DNA from: a virus
Lineage: Duplodnaviria > Caudoviricetes
Reading direction: 5' to 3' (one strand)
Virus record (IMG/VR): IMGVR_UViG_3300010224_000034
Location: 1-26,633 of that record
DNA: 26,633 nucleotides
Position numbers and translations under genes: made by a program. Shown here piece by piece: positions 7,254 to 16,810 of this stretch; positions within the stretch are counted from its first letter, which is position 1; every line of letters starts with the position of its first letter. The notes under the pieces were generated by a model that saw only the letters and a list, made by a program, of their open reading frames with translations, had not been told where the DNA came from and searched no databases.

Positions 7254-7867
7254 GTAAGGATCCCGTTCTGGAGGAAGCCGTGGTAGTCGCCGGCGAGGAT
7301 GGATCCGGCACCCGCGGCGCAGGTGTCGCCGTCCTTGTCGACGGTTACCCGGCATTCGCGGGGGTCACCATGGCGGACCCAGCACTGGTGCTTCTCGCCC
7401 TTGCGAGTGCAGTTACTGGCCTCGCTGTCGACGGCCCAGTCGTGGCGATTGGGAAGGCGAACCATGAGGTAGATGCCGTCCGGACTGCGGTCGCGCCAGT
7501 TCGACGGCATCCACCAGGCATCCCAGCAGGCGCCTGGTGGGGCGTTGCGGAGCGTCATCTCCTCGCCGGTGTCGGTTCGCCGATAGAGCAGGTCAGACCA
7601 GTGCTGCCACTTGTCCTCGGGCTCGAAGACGTAGTCGCAGCCCTCGCACTTAGTCGGCCAACGCGGATCACTCGTCGCGAGGCCGTCGTCACGCTGCCGG
7701 AGGTACCGACGTCCGTTGGCCTCGTCGAACGCTGCCGTCGCTTTTCCGATGATGACGAGCGCTTGGTGGTGACCGTGGGCGCAGTCGAAGCCGCCCTGGC
7801 CGACGGTGTAGCGGCGAAGCCCGATCTCGATGAACTCGGTCGGCTCGAGCCAGTATGTCGGCGTCAT
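7250..7867 (-). CDS. Cys/His/Trp-rich hypothetical protein, C-terminus DUF6527-like
   Basis: CAHGHH, CEGC and C...HQC motifs. The C-terminal W..HG...T....SI....YHGFLQNGIL resembles DUF6527 as I recall it (unverified). ATGA overlap with the endolysin. Confidence 0.75.
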   Translation of the reverse strand: MTPTYWLEPTEFIEIGLRRYTVGQGGFDCAHGHHQALVIIGKATAAFDEANGRRYLRQRDDGLATSDPRWPTKCEGCDYVFEPEDKWQHWSDLLYRRTDTGEEMTLRNAPPGACWDAWWMPSNWRDRSPDGIYLMVRLPNRHDWAVDSEASNCTRKGEKHQCWVRHGDPRECRVTVDKDGDTCAAGAGSILAGDYHGFLQNGILT

Positions 7868-8421
7868 CGCTCGCTCCCGGGGAAGTCCTTCTTCACCTGG
7901 TCGATCGCACGCTGGGCCTTGCGCCGACCAGTCGCGGTCTTCGCGGTGTCGCGGACCTTGCGGAGCGCGGCCAGCGCAGCGCGAACCTCGGGACGACGGA
8001 CCTTCTTAACGGGCGGCGCGGGCGGCAGCGGGACCACCTGCCCGCCCAGGTCTTCGGCCCAACCGAGATAGCGCATCCCCCACGCGCGCTCAGGCCAGCC
8101 GAGGTCGACGGTGCCGACACGCTCGCGGCCAGCGGCGTCGGTGGAGCGGATCTTGCCGCCGCCTAGGGACACGGCTGCGTGGCCGTTGTCGCGGCTGCCG
8201 CCGTCGTAGTAGACGGGCACGCCACGCGGAGGGTTGCGGTCGCCGGGGTGGCGGTGCTTCGCGGCCTTCCAACCGTCCTCAGCATCGGCCGCACCGTCGC
8301 CGTCGTAGTCGCCCACGGACGGCGCGCCGAACCGGGTGCGGGTCCACTGCTGGCACATGCCGTAGTCGTTGGTCGTGCTCGCCTCGGCGCGCTGCGCTGC
8401 CTGCTCGCGGTCGTAGAGCAT
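7864..8421 (-). CDS. Endolysin, CHAP/NlpC-P60-like cysteine peptidase
   Basis: GMCQQW (Cys), NGHAAVSLGGG (His), RSTD and YLGW. Pro linker and cationic C-terminal helix. GAGGAG SD. Confidence 0.85.
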   Translation of the reverse strand: MLYDREQAAQRAEASTTNDYGMCQQWTRTRFGAPSVGDYDGDGAADAEDGWKAAKHRHPGDRNPPRGVPVYYDGGSRDNGHAAVSLGGGKIRSTDAAGRERVGTVDLGWPERAWGMRYLGWAEDLGGQVVPLPPAPPVKKVRRPEVRAALAALRKVRDTAKTATGRRKAQRAIDQVKKDFPGSER

Positions 8422-8457
8422 GGGCGTTCTCCTCTGTCGAGTTGTGACGGTGAAGCG

Positions 8458-8580
8458 CTACCGGCCGGCGCACCCGCAGGTGTCGTCGCACGGCAGGAAG
8501 GTGTGACGGGCATGACCGCACACCGGGCAGGGCGGATCGTGCGAGAGGCCCGAGTGCTCGTCGTCGGGCCCGTCGTACAT
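8458..8580 (-). CDS. 40-aa Cys/His-rich microprotein
   Basis: MYDGPDDEHSGLSHDPPCPVCGHARHTFLPCDDTCGCAGR. Starts 3 nt after the upstream stop and has GC3-rich codons. Confidence 0.6.
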   Translation of the reverse strand: MYDGPDDEHSGLSHDPPCPVCGHARHTFLPCDDTCGCAGR

Positions 8581-8583
8581 GGC

Positions 8584-8856
8584 TCAGCCGCGTCCGAGCG
8601 CCTGGACGAGCACGACCGCGAGCGCGACCAGCGCGACGATCGCCGACATCACCTGCGGCCACGGCGTGCGGCGCGACTGCATGTCGACCTTGATGTCCCG
8701 GATCTCGCGGCCGAGCGACTCCTTCACCTCGGCCACGTGCTCCTTCGTCGCGTAGACCTGCGCCTGAGAGCGGACGTCGGAGCGGATCTCTTCGACGCCC
8801 TTCTCGATGCGCTGGATCGCGCGGGTCAGTTCGGCGGTCGTGTAGTCGTCAGGCAC
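8584..8856 (-). CDS. Coiled-coil protein with C-terminal TM helix (lysis-associated)
   Basis: Heptad-like N-terminus, then VMSAIVALVALAVVLVQAL. GTG 8856 with GAGGGAG SD. Confidence 0.75.
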   Translation of the reverse strand: MPDDYTTAELTRAIQRIEKGVEEIRSDVRSQAQVYATKEHVAEVKESLGREIRDIKVDMQSRRTPWPQVMSAIVALVALAVVLVQALGRG

Positions 8857-8858
8857 GG

Positions 8859-9050
8859 TCAGGCTCCCTCGGAGTCGGCGGTGTCGTTGTCGGGCACATC
8901 CGAGATGTCGGTGATGGGCTGGGAGCACGCGCCGCAGGCGACGACCCCAGCGGCCGGCTCGCCCGTGTACGGGTCGACGAAGGTCACGTCGAGCAGGACG
9001 GGCTCCCCGAACCGGAGGCAGCTCTCGTTCCCACAGGTCACGTTCGCCAC
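8859..9050 (-). CDS. Small Cys4 metal-binding protein after the tail genes
   Basis: C-x4-C ... C-x2-C pattern. AAGGAGG SD. Confidence 0.75.
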   Translation of the reverse strand: MANVTCGNESCLRFGEPVLLDVTFVDPYTGEPAAGVVACGACSQPITDISDVPDNDTADSEGA

Positions 9051-9063
9051 GGCATGAGCCTCC

Positions 9064-9336
9064 TTACGCGGGGGTCGCGGACCAGTCGAAGGTCGTCGCA
9101 GCGGCGTCGCTGCCGGACCAGTTCGCGAAGTTCACAGTGAAGCCGGTCGTCGACGTCGAGACGATCCCGACGTTGAGGCGACCGTCGTGCGGGACCGGGT
9201 TGACGACCGGTGCGGTCGCGAACTTCCGCGGGAAGGTCACGGCCACGTTGACGTTCGCACCGGCGGCGACCGCCGGGACCGCGACGCCCCTGCCAGCCTG
9301 GGGCCGCTGCTCGCGCCTGCCGTTGAAGTCGCTCAT
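9064..9336 (-). CDS. Minor tail protein (H-type lectin/gp53-like domain)
   Basis: VTFPRKFATAPVV...STTGFTV...FDWSA pattern. ATGA coupling. Confidence 0.75.
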   Translation of the reverse strand: MSDFNGRREQRPQAGRGVAVPAVAAGANVNVAVTFPRKFATAPVVNPVPHDGRLNVGIVSTSTTGFTVNFANWSGSDAAATTFDWSATPA

Positions 9337-10367
9337 CCGGCCTGCACCCCTGCCTCCTCGAAGATGGACGCGAGGTCACGCGCGGCGGTGTCGACCGGCT
9401 TGCACGTGATGGTCTCGTCGTCGACGTCCCACACGGCCTCGGCCAGCACCACGTCGGTCGACCAGTCGCTCGAGCGTGGGTCGCGCTCCCCGAGGAGCCG
9501 ATGCATGGACCCGCGGCCCACGGCCTCGCCGACGAGCGCAAGGTCGGGGTGCACGTCCCCAGGCGTGGTGATCTGCTCGGCCGTGATCGTGTAGCCGTTC
9601 GTCCAGCCCGGCCGCCCGCCCGTCTTCGCGAGGATGCCGTTGAGCACGCTGGTGGCGCGGGCGGCGTCGATCGGGCCCAATATGGTCAGGTCGACCGCCA
9701 CCTCGGGCCGCCGCGTGCCGACCCGTGCGGTCTGCAGGTTGCCGACCGCGTCCTCGTAGCGGCCCAGCAGCGAACCGGCCAGGAGCTCGGTCGAGACGCC
9801 GAGCTCGGCCGCGCCGGGCAGCACGTAGAACGACGGCGCGCTCGGGTCCGCAGACATCGCGACCCGAGCGGACTGGCTGTCCACCCACCAGCGCTTCCCG
9901 GCGGCGTCGGCGACGGAATCGAGCAGCGCGGACAGGCTGTTGAGGTCGTCGGTCTCCCCGTCAGCGGTGTCGACGTGCGCGACCGCCGAGACGGTGCCGC
10001 CCGTCCAGTCGACCATGCCCCGGCTGATCGCCGCAGAGATCGCCGTGTCGGGGACGGTGGTCGTCTTCTCGGTGCCGTCGAGTGCGTAGGCACCCTCGGC
10101 CTGCCGGGCGATGCCGGTCGCGACGAAGTCACCCTCGGCCCAGTTCGGCTCCTCGAGCGTGCCCCGCCAGATGCACCAGCCGCCCATCAGGATCTCGACC
10201 ACCGCGCCGGCCACGAGCGCGGCCGGACGGTTGCCCGGCTGGAGCGCCATCGACCACGTTGCCTCGAACGAACCCAGCCCCCACCGCCACGTCACCCGCA
10301 GCGCACCCCACGCGGGGTCAAGGTCGGTCAGCCACGCGCCGCCGACACGCACCTGCGGCCGGCTCAC
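9333..10367 (-). CDS. Minor tail protein (baseplate hub / Tal-like)
   Basis: Second gene after tape measure, 344 aa, beta-rich. Call is from synteny. Confidence 0.7.
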   Translation of the reverse strand: MSRPQVRVGGAWLTDLDPAWGALRVTWRWGLGSFEATWSMALQPGNRPAALVAGAVVEILMGGWCIWRGTLEEPNWAEGDFVATGIARQAEGAYALDGTEKTTTVPDTAISAAISRGMVDWTGGTVSAVAHVDTADGETDDLNSLSALLDSVADAAGKRWWVDSQSARVAMSADPSAPSFYVLPGAAELGVSTELLAGSLLGRYEDAVGNLQTARVGTRRPEVAVDLTILGPIDAARATSVLNGILAKTGGRPGWTNGYTITAEQITTPGDVHPDLALVGEAVGRGSMHRLLGERDPRSSDWSTDVVLAEAVWDVDDETITCKPVDTAARDLASIFEEAGVQAG

Positions 10368-12238
10368 AGGTCGAGCCTTCGCGGGTGGGTGTCCCAGCGC
10401 GGGTAGTAGTTGCCCGACACCGTCCAGTCCAGCGACCGCATCGACGCAACGAACACCGACAGCAGGCCCGGCTCGGCGACATGTTGGTCACGGGCCGACG
10501 CCCGGTCGGCCGCCGCCTGCCACGCCCCGTCGGAGTCCAGCAGCCACACGGTCGGCTTGGGGTTCTCTACGGTCGCAGCGTCGATGCGCAGCGCGTCCGC
10601 AGTGTCGGTGTCCACGATCGTCAACTGCCCGTCCGTGGTGTTGAAGAGGTAGGTCTCGTCGATCACGACCGAAGGAGCCGCGCTGTCGTCCCACACCTTT
10701 AGGACCACCTTGGCCGCCGACTCGCCCTCGGTCGCCGCCAGCGGGAGCGTGACCCGGCCGAGCGACACGAACCGGAACAGGTTCGCCGACGCGACCGCCG
10801 GGACCAGCGCCGAGCCGGTGACCCGCAGCGAGGACGACAGCGGCGAGTCGAAGGTGAGGGACCAGCGCACCAGTGCCGCCGTGCCCGTCGCGCCCGGCGC
10901 GAGGGCGGCCACGATCTCGTGGGTGCCGTCCGCGAGCAGCCCGACCGGGATCTCGTAGGCCTCCGCACCAGCCTCCGAGGTCGCCAGCGTCGACGTCGAC
11001 CCCGACAGCTTGTTCGCGTCCGTGTCCCGTGTCCCGCCGCCCGTGCGGTACTGGCCGAGCGCCGGCGTGAACCCGCTGGTGTTCGCGGGCTCGGTGAACA
11101 CGAGGGTCTGCGTGCCCTGCCCGGTGATCGTGTCGCTCGAGAGCGAGTCCACGAGCAGCGACATCTCGGTGCGACGCGACCCGTAGACCTCCACGAGCTG
11201 GGAGCGCTGGCGGGCGGTGCCGACCAGCGCGACCGACTTCGCGGTGATCTCGTCGATGTCGAGGACCAGGGTGCTGCCCGGCCAGTTCCCCGGCCAGCCG
11301 AGCAGGTCCGCGGTCAATGTGGCCGCGATCGAGGCGACGTCGGCATCGGGTGCGGGAAGGGTCGCGGTCCACAGCCCGCCGGTCGAGCTGTCCCGGTTCG
11401 GGGCAGAGAGCGCCAGCGGGGTGACGGCGACGCCGTTGACCGTGAACACCCACGAGGTCCTCGACGAGGGCGCAACATCCGTGTCGCCCGGCTCCATCAG
11501 CCAGCGGCCCGCGACCTCGATGACCTGCCGTGCGCCGACGTCGACCGCCGTGGCGAACGTCCGCGTCAGGTTCGACGTCCGCGAGAAGCCGCCCGCCGAC
11601 GCCCGGTTCTCCACGCTGCCCGCGATCGTCGCCACGGTGCCCGTCGTCGATGACCAGCCCGTCGTCGACGAGCCGTTGTCCATCGTCAGCGGCGCCGGCG
11701 GCGTGCCCGGCGGCGGGGCAGGGACCGCAGGGACCGTCACGGGGTTGAGCGACCGCGCGAACGGGCGACACGTCAGCGTCAGGCCGTAGGCGCGCTGGAC
11801 GCGCATCACCTCGTCGAGGTCCCACTCGCTCGACCAGTCGACCGCGATCTCCGACCACACGACCTCGAAGACGGCCGGCTCGGCGAATGCGACCGACGGC
11901 GTGTAGGTCAGCATGTTCCCGCCCTTGCGGACCTCCGCGACGAGCAGCTCCTCCAGCCGCGCCAACTGGTCGCCATCGGCCGCGGTGAACCGGACCTGCA
12001 GCGGAACCTCGCGGTTCTCGTAGGACGCGATCGTGCCGAGGGAGCCGTCGAGCAGCATCGACCGGATCTCGGTCACGACAGCCTTCGGGTTGCCGAAGTT
12101 GGACCCGTCCGCGCTCGTCTCGACCCACGCGCCAGGCTCGCCCGGCACCGCCGAGTCGAGCATCTCGAACGCCCCGAACAGGACCGACCCGACACCAGCG
12201 GTCGCGACGGGCGGAGTCTCGCCAACGATGATCGGCAC
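10364..12238 (-). CDS. Minor tail protein (distal tail, Dit-like, with inserted beta domains)
   Basis: First gene after tape measure. N-terminal NREVPLQVRF...LTLTCRPFA is Dit-like, followed by a Pro linker and Thr/Ser-rich beta domains. Confidence 0.7.
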   Translation of the reverse strand: MPIIVGETPPVATAGVGSVLFGAFEMLDSAVPGEPGAWVETSADGSNFGNPKAVVTEIRSMLLDGSLGTIASYENREVPLQVRFTAADGDQLARLEELLVAEVRKGGNMLTYTPSVAFAEPAVFEVVWSEIAVDWSSEWDLDEVMRVQRAYGLTLTCRPFARSLNPVTVPAVPAPPPGTPPAPLTMDNGSSTTGWSSTTGTVATIAGSVENRASAGGFSRTSNLTRTFATAVDVGARQVIEVAGRWLMEPGDTDVAPSSRTSWVFTVNGVAVTPLALSAPNRDSSTGGLWTATLPAPDADVASIAATLTADLLGWPGNWPGSTLVLDIDEITAKSVALVGTARQRSQLVEVYGSRRTEMSLLVDSLSSDTITGQGTQTLVFTEPANTSGFTPALGQYRTGGGTRDTDANKLSGSTSTLATSEAGAEAYEIPVGLLADGTHEIVAALAPGATGTAALVRWSLTFDSPLSSSLRVTGSALVPAVASANLFRFVSLGRVTLPLAATEGESAAKVVLKVWDDSAAPSVVIDETYLFNTTDGQLTIVDTDTADALRIDAATVENPKPTVWLLDSDGAWQAAADRASARDQHVAEPGLLSVFVASMRSLDWTVSGNYYPRWDTHPRRLDL

Positions 12239-15200
12239 TACTTCCCGCCCTTCTTCTGGTGACGCTTCCCGCTGGACGCGGCGCCGTTGATCTGCTTGCC
12301 CTGCTGGGCGGTGTTCGCGGCGCGGTCCTTCTTCGAGTCGGCGTGGTTGGCCTTGATGACGGCCTCCAGCCGCTTCACGGTCTGGTTGAGGACGTGGAGC
12401 TCGGTGTTGGACTTGCCGATGGCTGCCGTCATCCCGAGGACGTTCGCGGCCTGACCGGCGGCACCCGCGACGGCGGTCGCCCGCTGGTCGAATAGCGTCT
12501 GGTAGGTGCGCAGGTCGGCGTCGGAGCCGTTCGCGAACGACCGCAGTCCGTTGAGCCCGCCCTTGGTGATGACCTCCTGCAGCGCCGAACCCGAGACGCC
12601 GCGCGCCTTGAGGGCGGTCTCGAGCGCCTTCGTCGCGTTGGCGTTCGCGATGTCCTGCTTCAGGGTCGCGTTGGCTGCGGCGAGCGATCCGGGCGCGTAC
12701 TGCCGGGAGAACGCAGACCCCGACTGCGAGGAGCCGAACAGGTCGGACGTCAGGTTGCTCGTGATCGCGCCGGTCACCGAGTCCCGCGCCGACGTCTCTG
12801 CGTCGAGCGCCTTCTTCGATGCGTCGAGCGCCTTGCCGAACAGCCGCAGCCGTCGCTTCAGGCTGTCGTCACGGTCGATGTCGATGCCGTAGGACTCCGC
12901 GATGCCACGGGCACCGCCGACGAGCCCGCCCTTCGCGTAGCCCGGCAGCGACCCCATGCCAGGCAGGAACCCGTACCGCTGCTTCAGGAACGAGGCGTCA
13001 CGCTCGACAACCTCAGACGGGAGCACGACCTCGCGGCGGTGGACGATACCCGCAGGCTCGTACTTGCCGCCGTCGCCCGTGTAGCCGCCCGTGTCGTAGC
13101 GCGAGTCCTGCACGTCGGCCTGCTTCGCGAGGCCGGCACCCTGGCGCACGGTGTGGATGGTGATCGTCTTGTCGTGCAGAGCGTCGAGCGCCCGCTTCAC
13201 CGCGGCGATGCCGGGAGTCGCGGCGCTCGTCTCCGCGCGGATGTCGATGACCTTCGACTTCGGGATCTCCATGATCCGCTTCGCGAGCCGACGCGCCTGC
13301 TCGGCCGGGACACCCATCGCCTCGGCCGTCTCGATGAAGGTCTTCCGCGCCTCACGGAACCGGGCCCGGCTGTTCTTCACCGCGTCAGACTGGCCGTTCC
13401 ATGCTGCCGCGAGCTGCGAGAGCGCCTGCCGGTTCGCGAGCGCCTCGTCGGAGTTGCCCTTGATCCCGGCGCTGCTCTTCTTCGCCTGCTCGGCGGCGTC
13501 CTTCATCGCCTGCCGCCACTGCGTCTCAGCGTCGAACGCGCCCAGGGCCGCCGTGCGCTGGTCCCGCATCGACTGCACCAGCGCGTCGATGCTGAACGCC
13601 GCCCGGTCAGCGCTGCCGCTCGTGCCGGCAAGGCTGTCCGAGTAGGTGTCCGTCGCGCTCTTCGCGTTCTCGACCGCCGAGCGGTAGGCGTCGAACTGCT
13701 CGCGCACCCGGTCGGGGCTCGTGCCCTTCTCGGACGCGAGCTCCTCGATGTGCGACAGGATCGCAGCGGCCTTGTCGCCGTTGCCCGACTCGACCATCCC
13801 GGCGAGCGCCTGGTCGACCTGATCGATGTTGTCGGCCATCTTGTCCAGCGAGGAGTCGCCGAACAGGCCGCCCGCAGTCACGATCTCGCCGAGGTCGACC
13901 TTGTTCCACTTCGACGAGATGTCGCCGATGTCCTCGACGACCTGACGCAGATCCTTCGTCGGGTTGCCGCCGAGCGCGAGAGAGTCCAGCGCACGGCCGA
14001 TGTCCTGGGAGTGGATGCGGCCGATGCCGTCCGCGAGCATGCCGGCGGCAGTGCCAGCGGCGAGGATGCCGCCCGCGAGCCCGGCGATGCCCTTCAGCCC
14101 GACGGACGCCTTCTCCGCGTTGACGCCGACCAGCCCGAGCGAGGTCGACATCTTCGGCAGGAAGCTCGACGCCGCACGGAGAGCGAGCATCCCCGCCGCG
14201 GCGGTGTACAGCACCGGCCCGATGGGGGAGTCCGCGAGAGCCGCGAAGACGTTCGCGGCCGCAGTGAGCACAGGCAGGACGGCAGACCCCCACGGGGCCG
14301 CAGCCTTCGCGAGCGCGATGATCGCGTCGGCCGCGGCACCGAAGAAGTCAGCGACCGCGGGCCCGTTCTCGCGGATGTAGGCCACGAACTCCTGGAACCC
14401 GGCGTCATCGCCCAGCCCGGCCGCCCACTCGCGGAAGGAACGAGACATGTCGAGCATGCCCGAGGTGAAGTCGCGCGAGAGCGGCTGGAACGCGACCAGC
14501 AGCGACCCAATGCCGGCGATGACGTTGCCGGTCGCGCGAGCGAAGGCGTCGAGCGTCGGCGCAGCATCGGTGCGGATGAACTCGAAGAACGCCCGCCAGT
14601 CCTCGTCATTCGCCAGAGCAGAGCCCGCGTCGGCCGAGAGGACGCCCATCTCGGCGGCGAGCCGACCGACGACCTCCTGCACGAGCGGGACGAGGGTCAG
14701 GATCTCGTCGAGACCCTCGTTGAGGCCAGGGAACATTCCGTCCTGCGCGGTCGTGCGCAGGCTGTCGAGGACGGGCTCGAGCTGGTCGAGCCGCATCACG
14801 AGGTCCTGTGCGGCAGGGGAGAGCTCGCCGAGGGTCTCCCGCACCTTCTGCAGGTGCTCGGCGGTCGGGTCGAGCTGGTAGGCGTCGAGCGCCTCCAGCG
14901 CGTCCCCGAGGCCATGGAAGGCGAGCACCGCGGTCCCCACGGCACCGACAGCGGCACCGAGGCCGCCGACGAGGCCGGTGATCGCCGGGACAGCGACGGC
15001 CCCGATCGGGAGCAGCGCGGGACCGATCAGTGCGCCAGCGGTCGCCAGAGCGGAGAGCCGACCCGTGAACTGGTTCAGGTCGCCCGACGCCTTGCGGGTC
15101 TTGCCGCCAGACTTCTCGATCTCGTCGCCGAGCGTCTTCGTCGACCGGGACGCGCGGAGGCTGCTGCCGTCGACACCCTCGATCTCGCGCTTGATCGCGG

Positions 15201-15285
15201 CGATGGCGACCGCGTCCTTCGCCGCCTTCGTCGAGAACCCGTCGTCCTCGAGCGAAAGCCGGACGACCTCGTTGCGAACGCCCAC
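12238..15285 (-). CDS. Tape measure protein
   Basis: 1015 aa, Ala/Gly/Leu-rich and helical. Contains [25 protein letters not shown]. Follows the tail chaperones. Confidence 0.95.
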   Translation of the reverse strand: MGVRNEVVRLSLEDDGFSTKAAKDAVAIAAIKREIEGVDGSSLRASRSTKTLGDEIEKSGGKTRKASGDLNQFTGRLSALATAGALIGPALLPIGAVAVPAITGLVGGLGAAVGAVGTAVLAFHGLGDALEALDAYQLDPTAEHLQKVRETLGELSPAAQDLVMRLDQLEPVLDSLRTTAQDGMFPGLNEGLDEILTLVPLVQEVVGRLAAEMGVLSADAGSALANDEDWRAFFEFIRTDAAPTLDAFARATGNVIAGIGSLLVAFQPLSRDFTSGMLDMSRSFREWAAGLGDDAGFQEFVAYIRENGPAVADFFGAAADAIIALAKAAAPWGSAVLPVLTAAANVFAALADSPIGPVLYTAAAGMLALRAASSFLPKMSTSLGLVGVNAEKASVGLKGIAGLAGGILAAGTAAGMLADGIGRIHSQDIGRALDSLALGGNPTKDLRQVVEDIGDISSKWNKVDLGEIVTAGGLFGDSSLDKMADNIDQVDQALAGMVESGNGDKAAAILSHIEELASEKGTSPDRVREQFDAYRSAVENAKSATDTYSDSLAGTSGSADRAAFSIDALVQSMRDQRTAALGAFDAETQWRQAMKDAAEQAKKSSAGIKGNSDEALANRQALSQLAAAWNGQSDAVKNSRARFREARKTFIETAEAMGVPAEQARRLAKRIMEIPKSKVIDIRAETSAATPGIAAVKRALDALHDKTITIHTVRQGAGLAKQADVQDSRYDTGGYTGDGGKYEPAGIVHRREVVLPSEVVERDASFLKQRYGFLPGMGSLPGYAKGGLVGGARGIAESYGIDIDRDDSLKRRLRLFGKALDASKKALDAETSARDSVTGAITSNLTSDLFGSSQSGSAFSRQYAPGSLAAANATLKQDIANANATKALETALKARGVSGSALQEVITKGGLNGLRSFANGSDADLRTYQTLFDQRATAVAGAAGQAANVLGMTAAIGKSNTELHVLNQTVKRLEAVIKANHADSKKDRAANTAQQGKQINGAASSGKRHQKKGGK

Positions 15286-15308
15286 GCGCTATCCCCCGAT
15301 CTGACTAG

Positions 15309-15336
15309 TTACAAGCGGCCAGCGACGGGCTACCGT
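15309..15336 (+). promoter_or_regulatory. Putative promoter for the antisense moron
   Basis: TTACAA-16 nt-TACCGT, 8 nt before ATG 15345 (leaderless). Confidence 0.5.
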
Positions 15337-15344
15337 CAGGGCGC

Positions 15345-15545
15345 ATGGACAGGAAGCAACTCGGGACACTCGTGGTCGTCGCAGGCGTCGTGCTGTTCCT
15401 GCTCGGCGTGCTCGCGGGTCAGAACGGCCACGACGTGCTCGGGATGCTGGCCGGGTGGGCTGGCATCGCGACCGTCGCCGGGTGGTTCATCGGCCTGCGC
15501 CGCGTCACGCGGGCCGAGGCGGCTTCTCGGCTTCACCGAGGCTGA
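15345..15545 (+). CDS. Small two-TM membrane protein, antisense to the late operon
   Basis: LGTLVVVAGVVLFLLGVLAG and VLGMLAGWAGIATVAGWFIGL, with a basic tail. Occupies the only gap between chaperone and tape measure. Confidence 0.75.
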   Translation: MDRKQLGTLVVVAGVVLFLLGVLAGQNGHDVLGMLAGWAGIATVAGWFIGLRRVTRAEAASRLHRG

Positions 15546-16547
15546 CCAGCCGCACGGACGTCGTCCGCCCGTCCTCAGCGCGCGGGGCACTCGGAGCCAG
15601 ATCCTTCTCGGCGTCGTGCTCCCGTGCCGACCGCTCCCGCAACGCAGCCGCGAGAGCCGCGCAGATCGGGCACGTCCGGTCGGTCATCTCGACGTGCGGG
15701 TCCGTCATCGCGATCGAGTCATGCAGCCCGCAGAGGTCGTGCACGCCAGCCTCGTAGTCGGCGAGCGCGAGCATCCGGTTGCGCTGCGTGTCGTCCCACT
15801 CAGGCTCGCGGGTGACGAAGGTGACGCCGGTCGGGTTGCCGTCCGCATCGAAGTGCTCGTGGCGCTCGGTCGGCTCCCAGCCCAGGAGCCGCTTCTCGCT
15901 TACGCCGAGGGAGCGGGCGAGCCGGAGGACGTCCCGCTCGCGCGGAGAGCGGACAAGCCGCTCCGCAATTTTGGGAGGTCGTCACCCGTCTCGTAGAGAC
16001 CGACGACGATGGCCGCAATCTCTTTCTTGTCCGGGCGGGACAGGTTGAGCGCGTCGAAGTCGCCGGGCGCCAGAGGCTCGCCGTTCCACGCCACGACGTA
16101 GGCAGCGAGGTCGTCGATCAGGGCCGAGGAGTTGCAGTAGCCGCGGGCGATGGCGAGGTCGTCGAGGTAGCCGGGCTGGCCCTCCTCGCGGGCAGGGTTG
16201 GCGATGCGCCACTGCTCCCACTCGCCGTCCGACTTCTCGGCCGACACGGTCACGTCGCCTTCGTACTCGCCCATCAGGCCGCCGAGCTCGACGAGCCGCT
16301 CAAGGATCGCGGCGATCCGCTCGCCGATCTCACGCAGCCGCGGCGAGGACTTCGCGCCCGTCTTCCGCGGCTTCTGGCTCTCGGCGTTCTCGAGGTCGAG
16401 CTTCTCGACCATCAGGTCGTCGTGCTCGGCGACGAGCTGGCGGGACTCGACGGCGTACTTCTTGCCCTCCCCGACGACCGCGCGGTAGGGCTGCTGCGGC
16501 CGGACGGTGGACTTCTCGACGCGGAGGTCCGCGAGCGACTTCACCAT
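15505..16547 (-). CDS. Tail assembly chaperone GT (-1 frameshift fusion)
   Basis: The -1 frame from CCCAAAA (15975-15969) is open to 15505: PKIAERLVRSPRERDVLRLARSLGVSEKRLLGWEP...REPEWDDTQRNRMLALADYE...CGLH...CPIC. Confidence 0.85.
15900..16547 (-). CDS. Tail assembly chaperone G
   Basis: Lies between major tail and tape measure. Slippery site near the C-terminus (GDDLPK). Confidence 0.85.
   Translation of the reverse strand: MVKSLADLRVEKSTVRPQQPYRAVVGEGKKYAVESRQLVAEHDDLMVEKLDLENAESQKPRKTGAKSSPRLREIGERIAAILERLVELGGLMGEYEGDVTVSAEKSDGEWEQWRIANPAREEGQPGYLDDLAIARGYCNSSALIDDLAAYVVAWNGEPLAPGDFDALNLSRPDKKEIAAIVVGLYETGDDLPKLRSGLSALRASGTSSGSPAPSA
15969..15975 (-). other. Programmed -1 frameshift heptamer C CCA AAA
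   Basis: X XXY YYZ form in the correct phase (CTC CCA AAA TTG). Confidence 0.85.
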
Positions 16548-16810
16548 CAGTCGTTCCCCTCCGTCATGCTCCGAACCCGGGTCGCGACCGACGGGAGCCG
16601 GTCGGTGATCTGGACGTCAGCCTCGTTGTCGAGGTCGAGGCGACTGACCACGAACGTCACCTGAAGGCCAACCTCAGCGAACTCGGGGGCCTCTGGGCAT
16701 ACCTCAACAAGCTGGATGCCTCGGTACGTATCCTTGGTGAAGTCGACGCCGTTGATGACGAGCTGCGTCCCGCCGAACTCGTTCAGGTTGCGGATCTCGA
16801 TGTGCGCCAT
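16547..16810 (-). CDS. Hypothetical 87-aa protein between major tail and chaperone
   Basis: MAHIEIRNLNEFGGTQLVINGVDF... with AGGAG/AGGA SD. TGATG coupling to chaperone G. Confidence 0.75.
   Translation of the reverse strand: MAHIEIRNLNEFGGTQLVINGVDFTKDTYRGIQLVEVCPEAPEFAEVGLQVTFVVSRLDLDNEADVQITDRLPSVATRVRSMTEGND

Noticed and set aside
13039-15996. 985-aa plus-strand ORF, and the other long antisense or alternate-frame ORFs such as 16834-18063, 23377-24453, 24416-25495 and 10488-12128
   Set aside because: Shadow frames of high-GC3 real genes. They are Arg/Gly/Pro-rich, carry no motifs and fully overlap well-supported CDSs.
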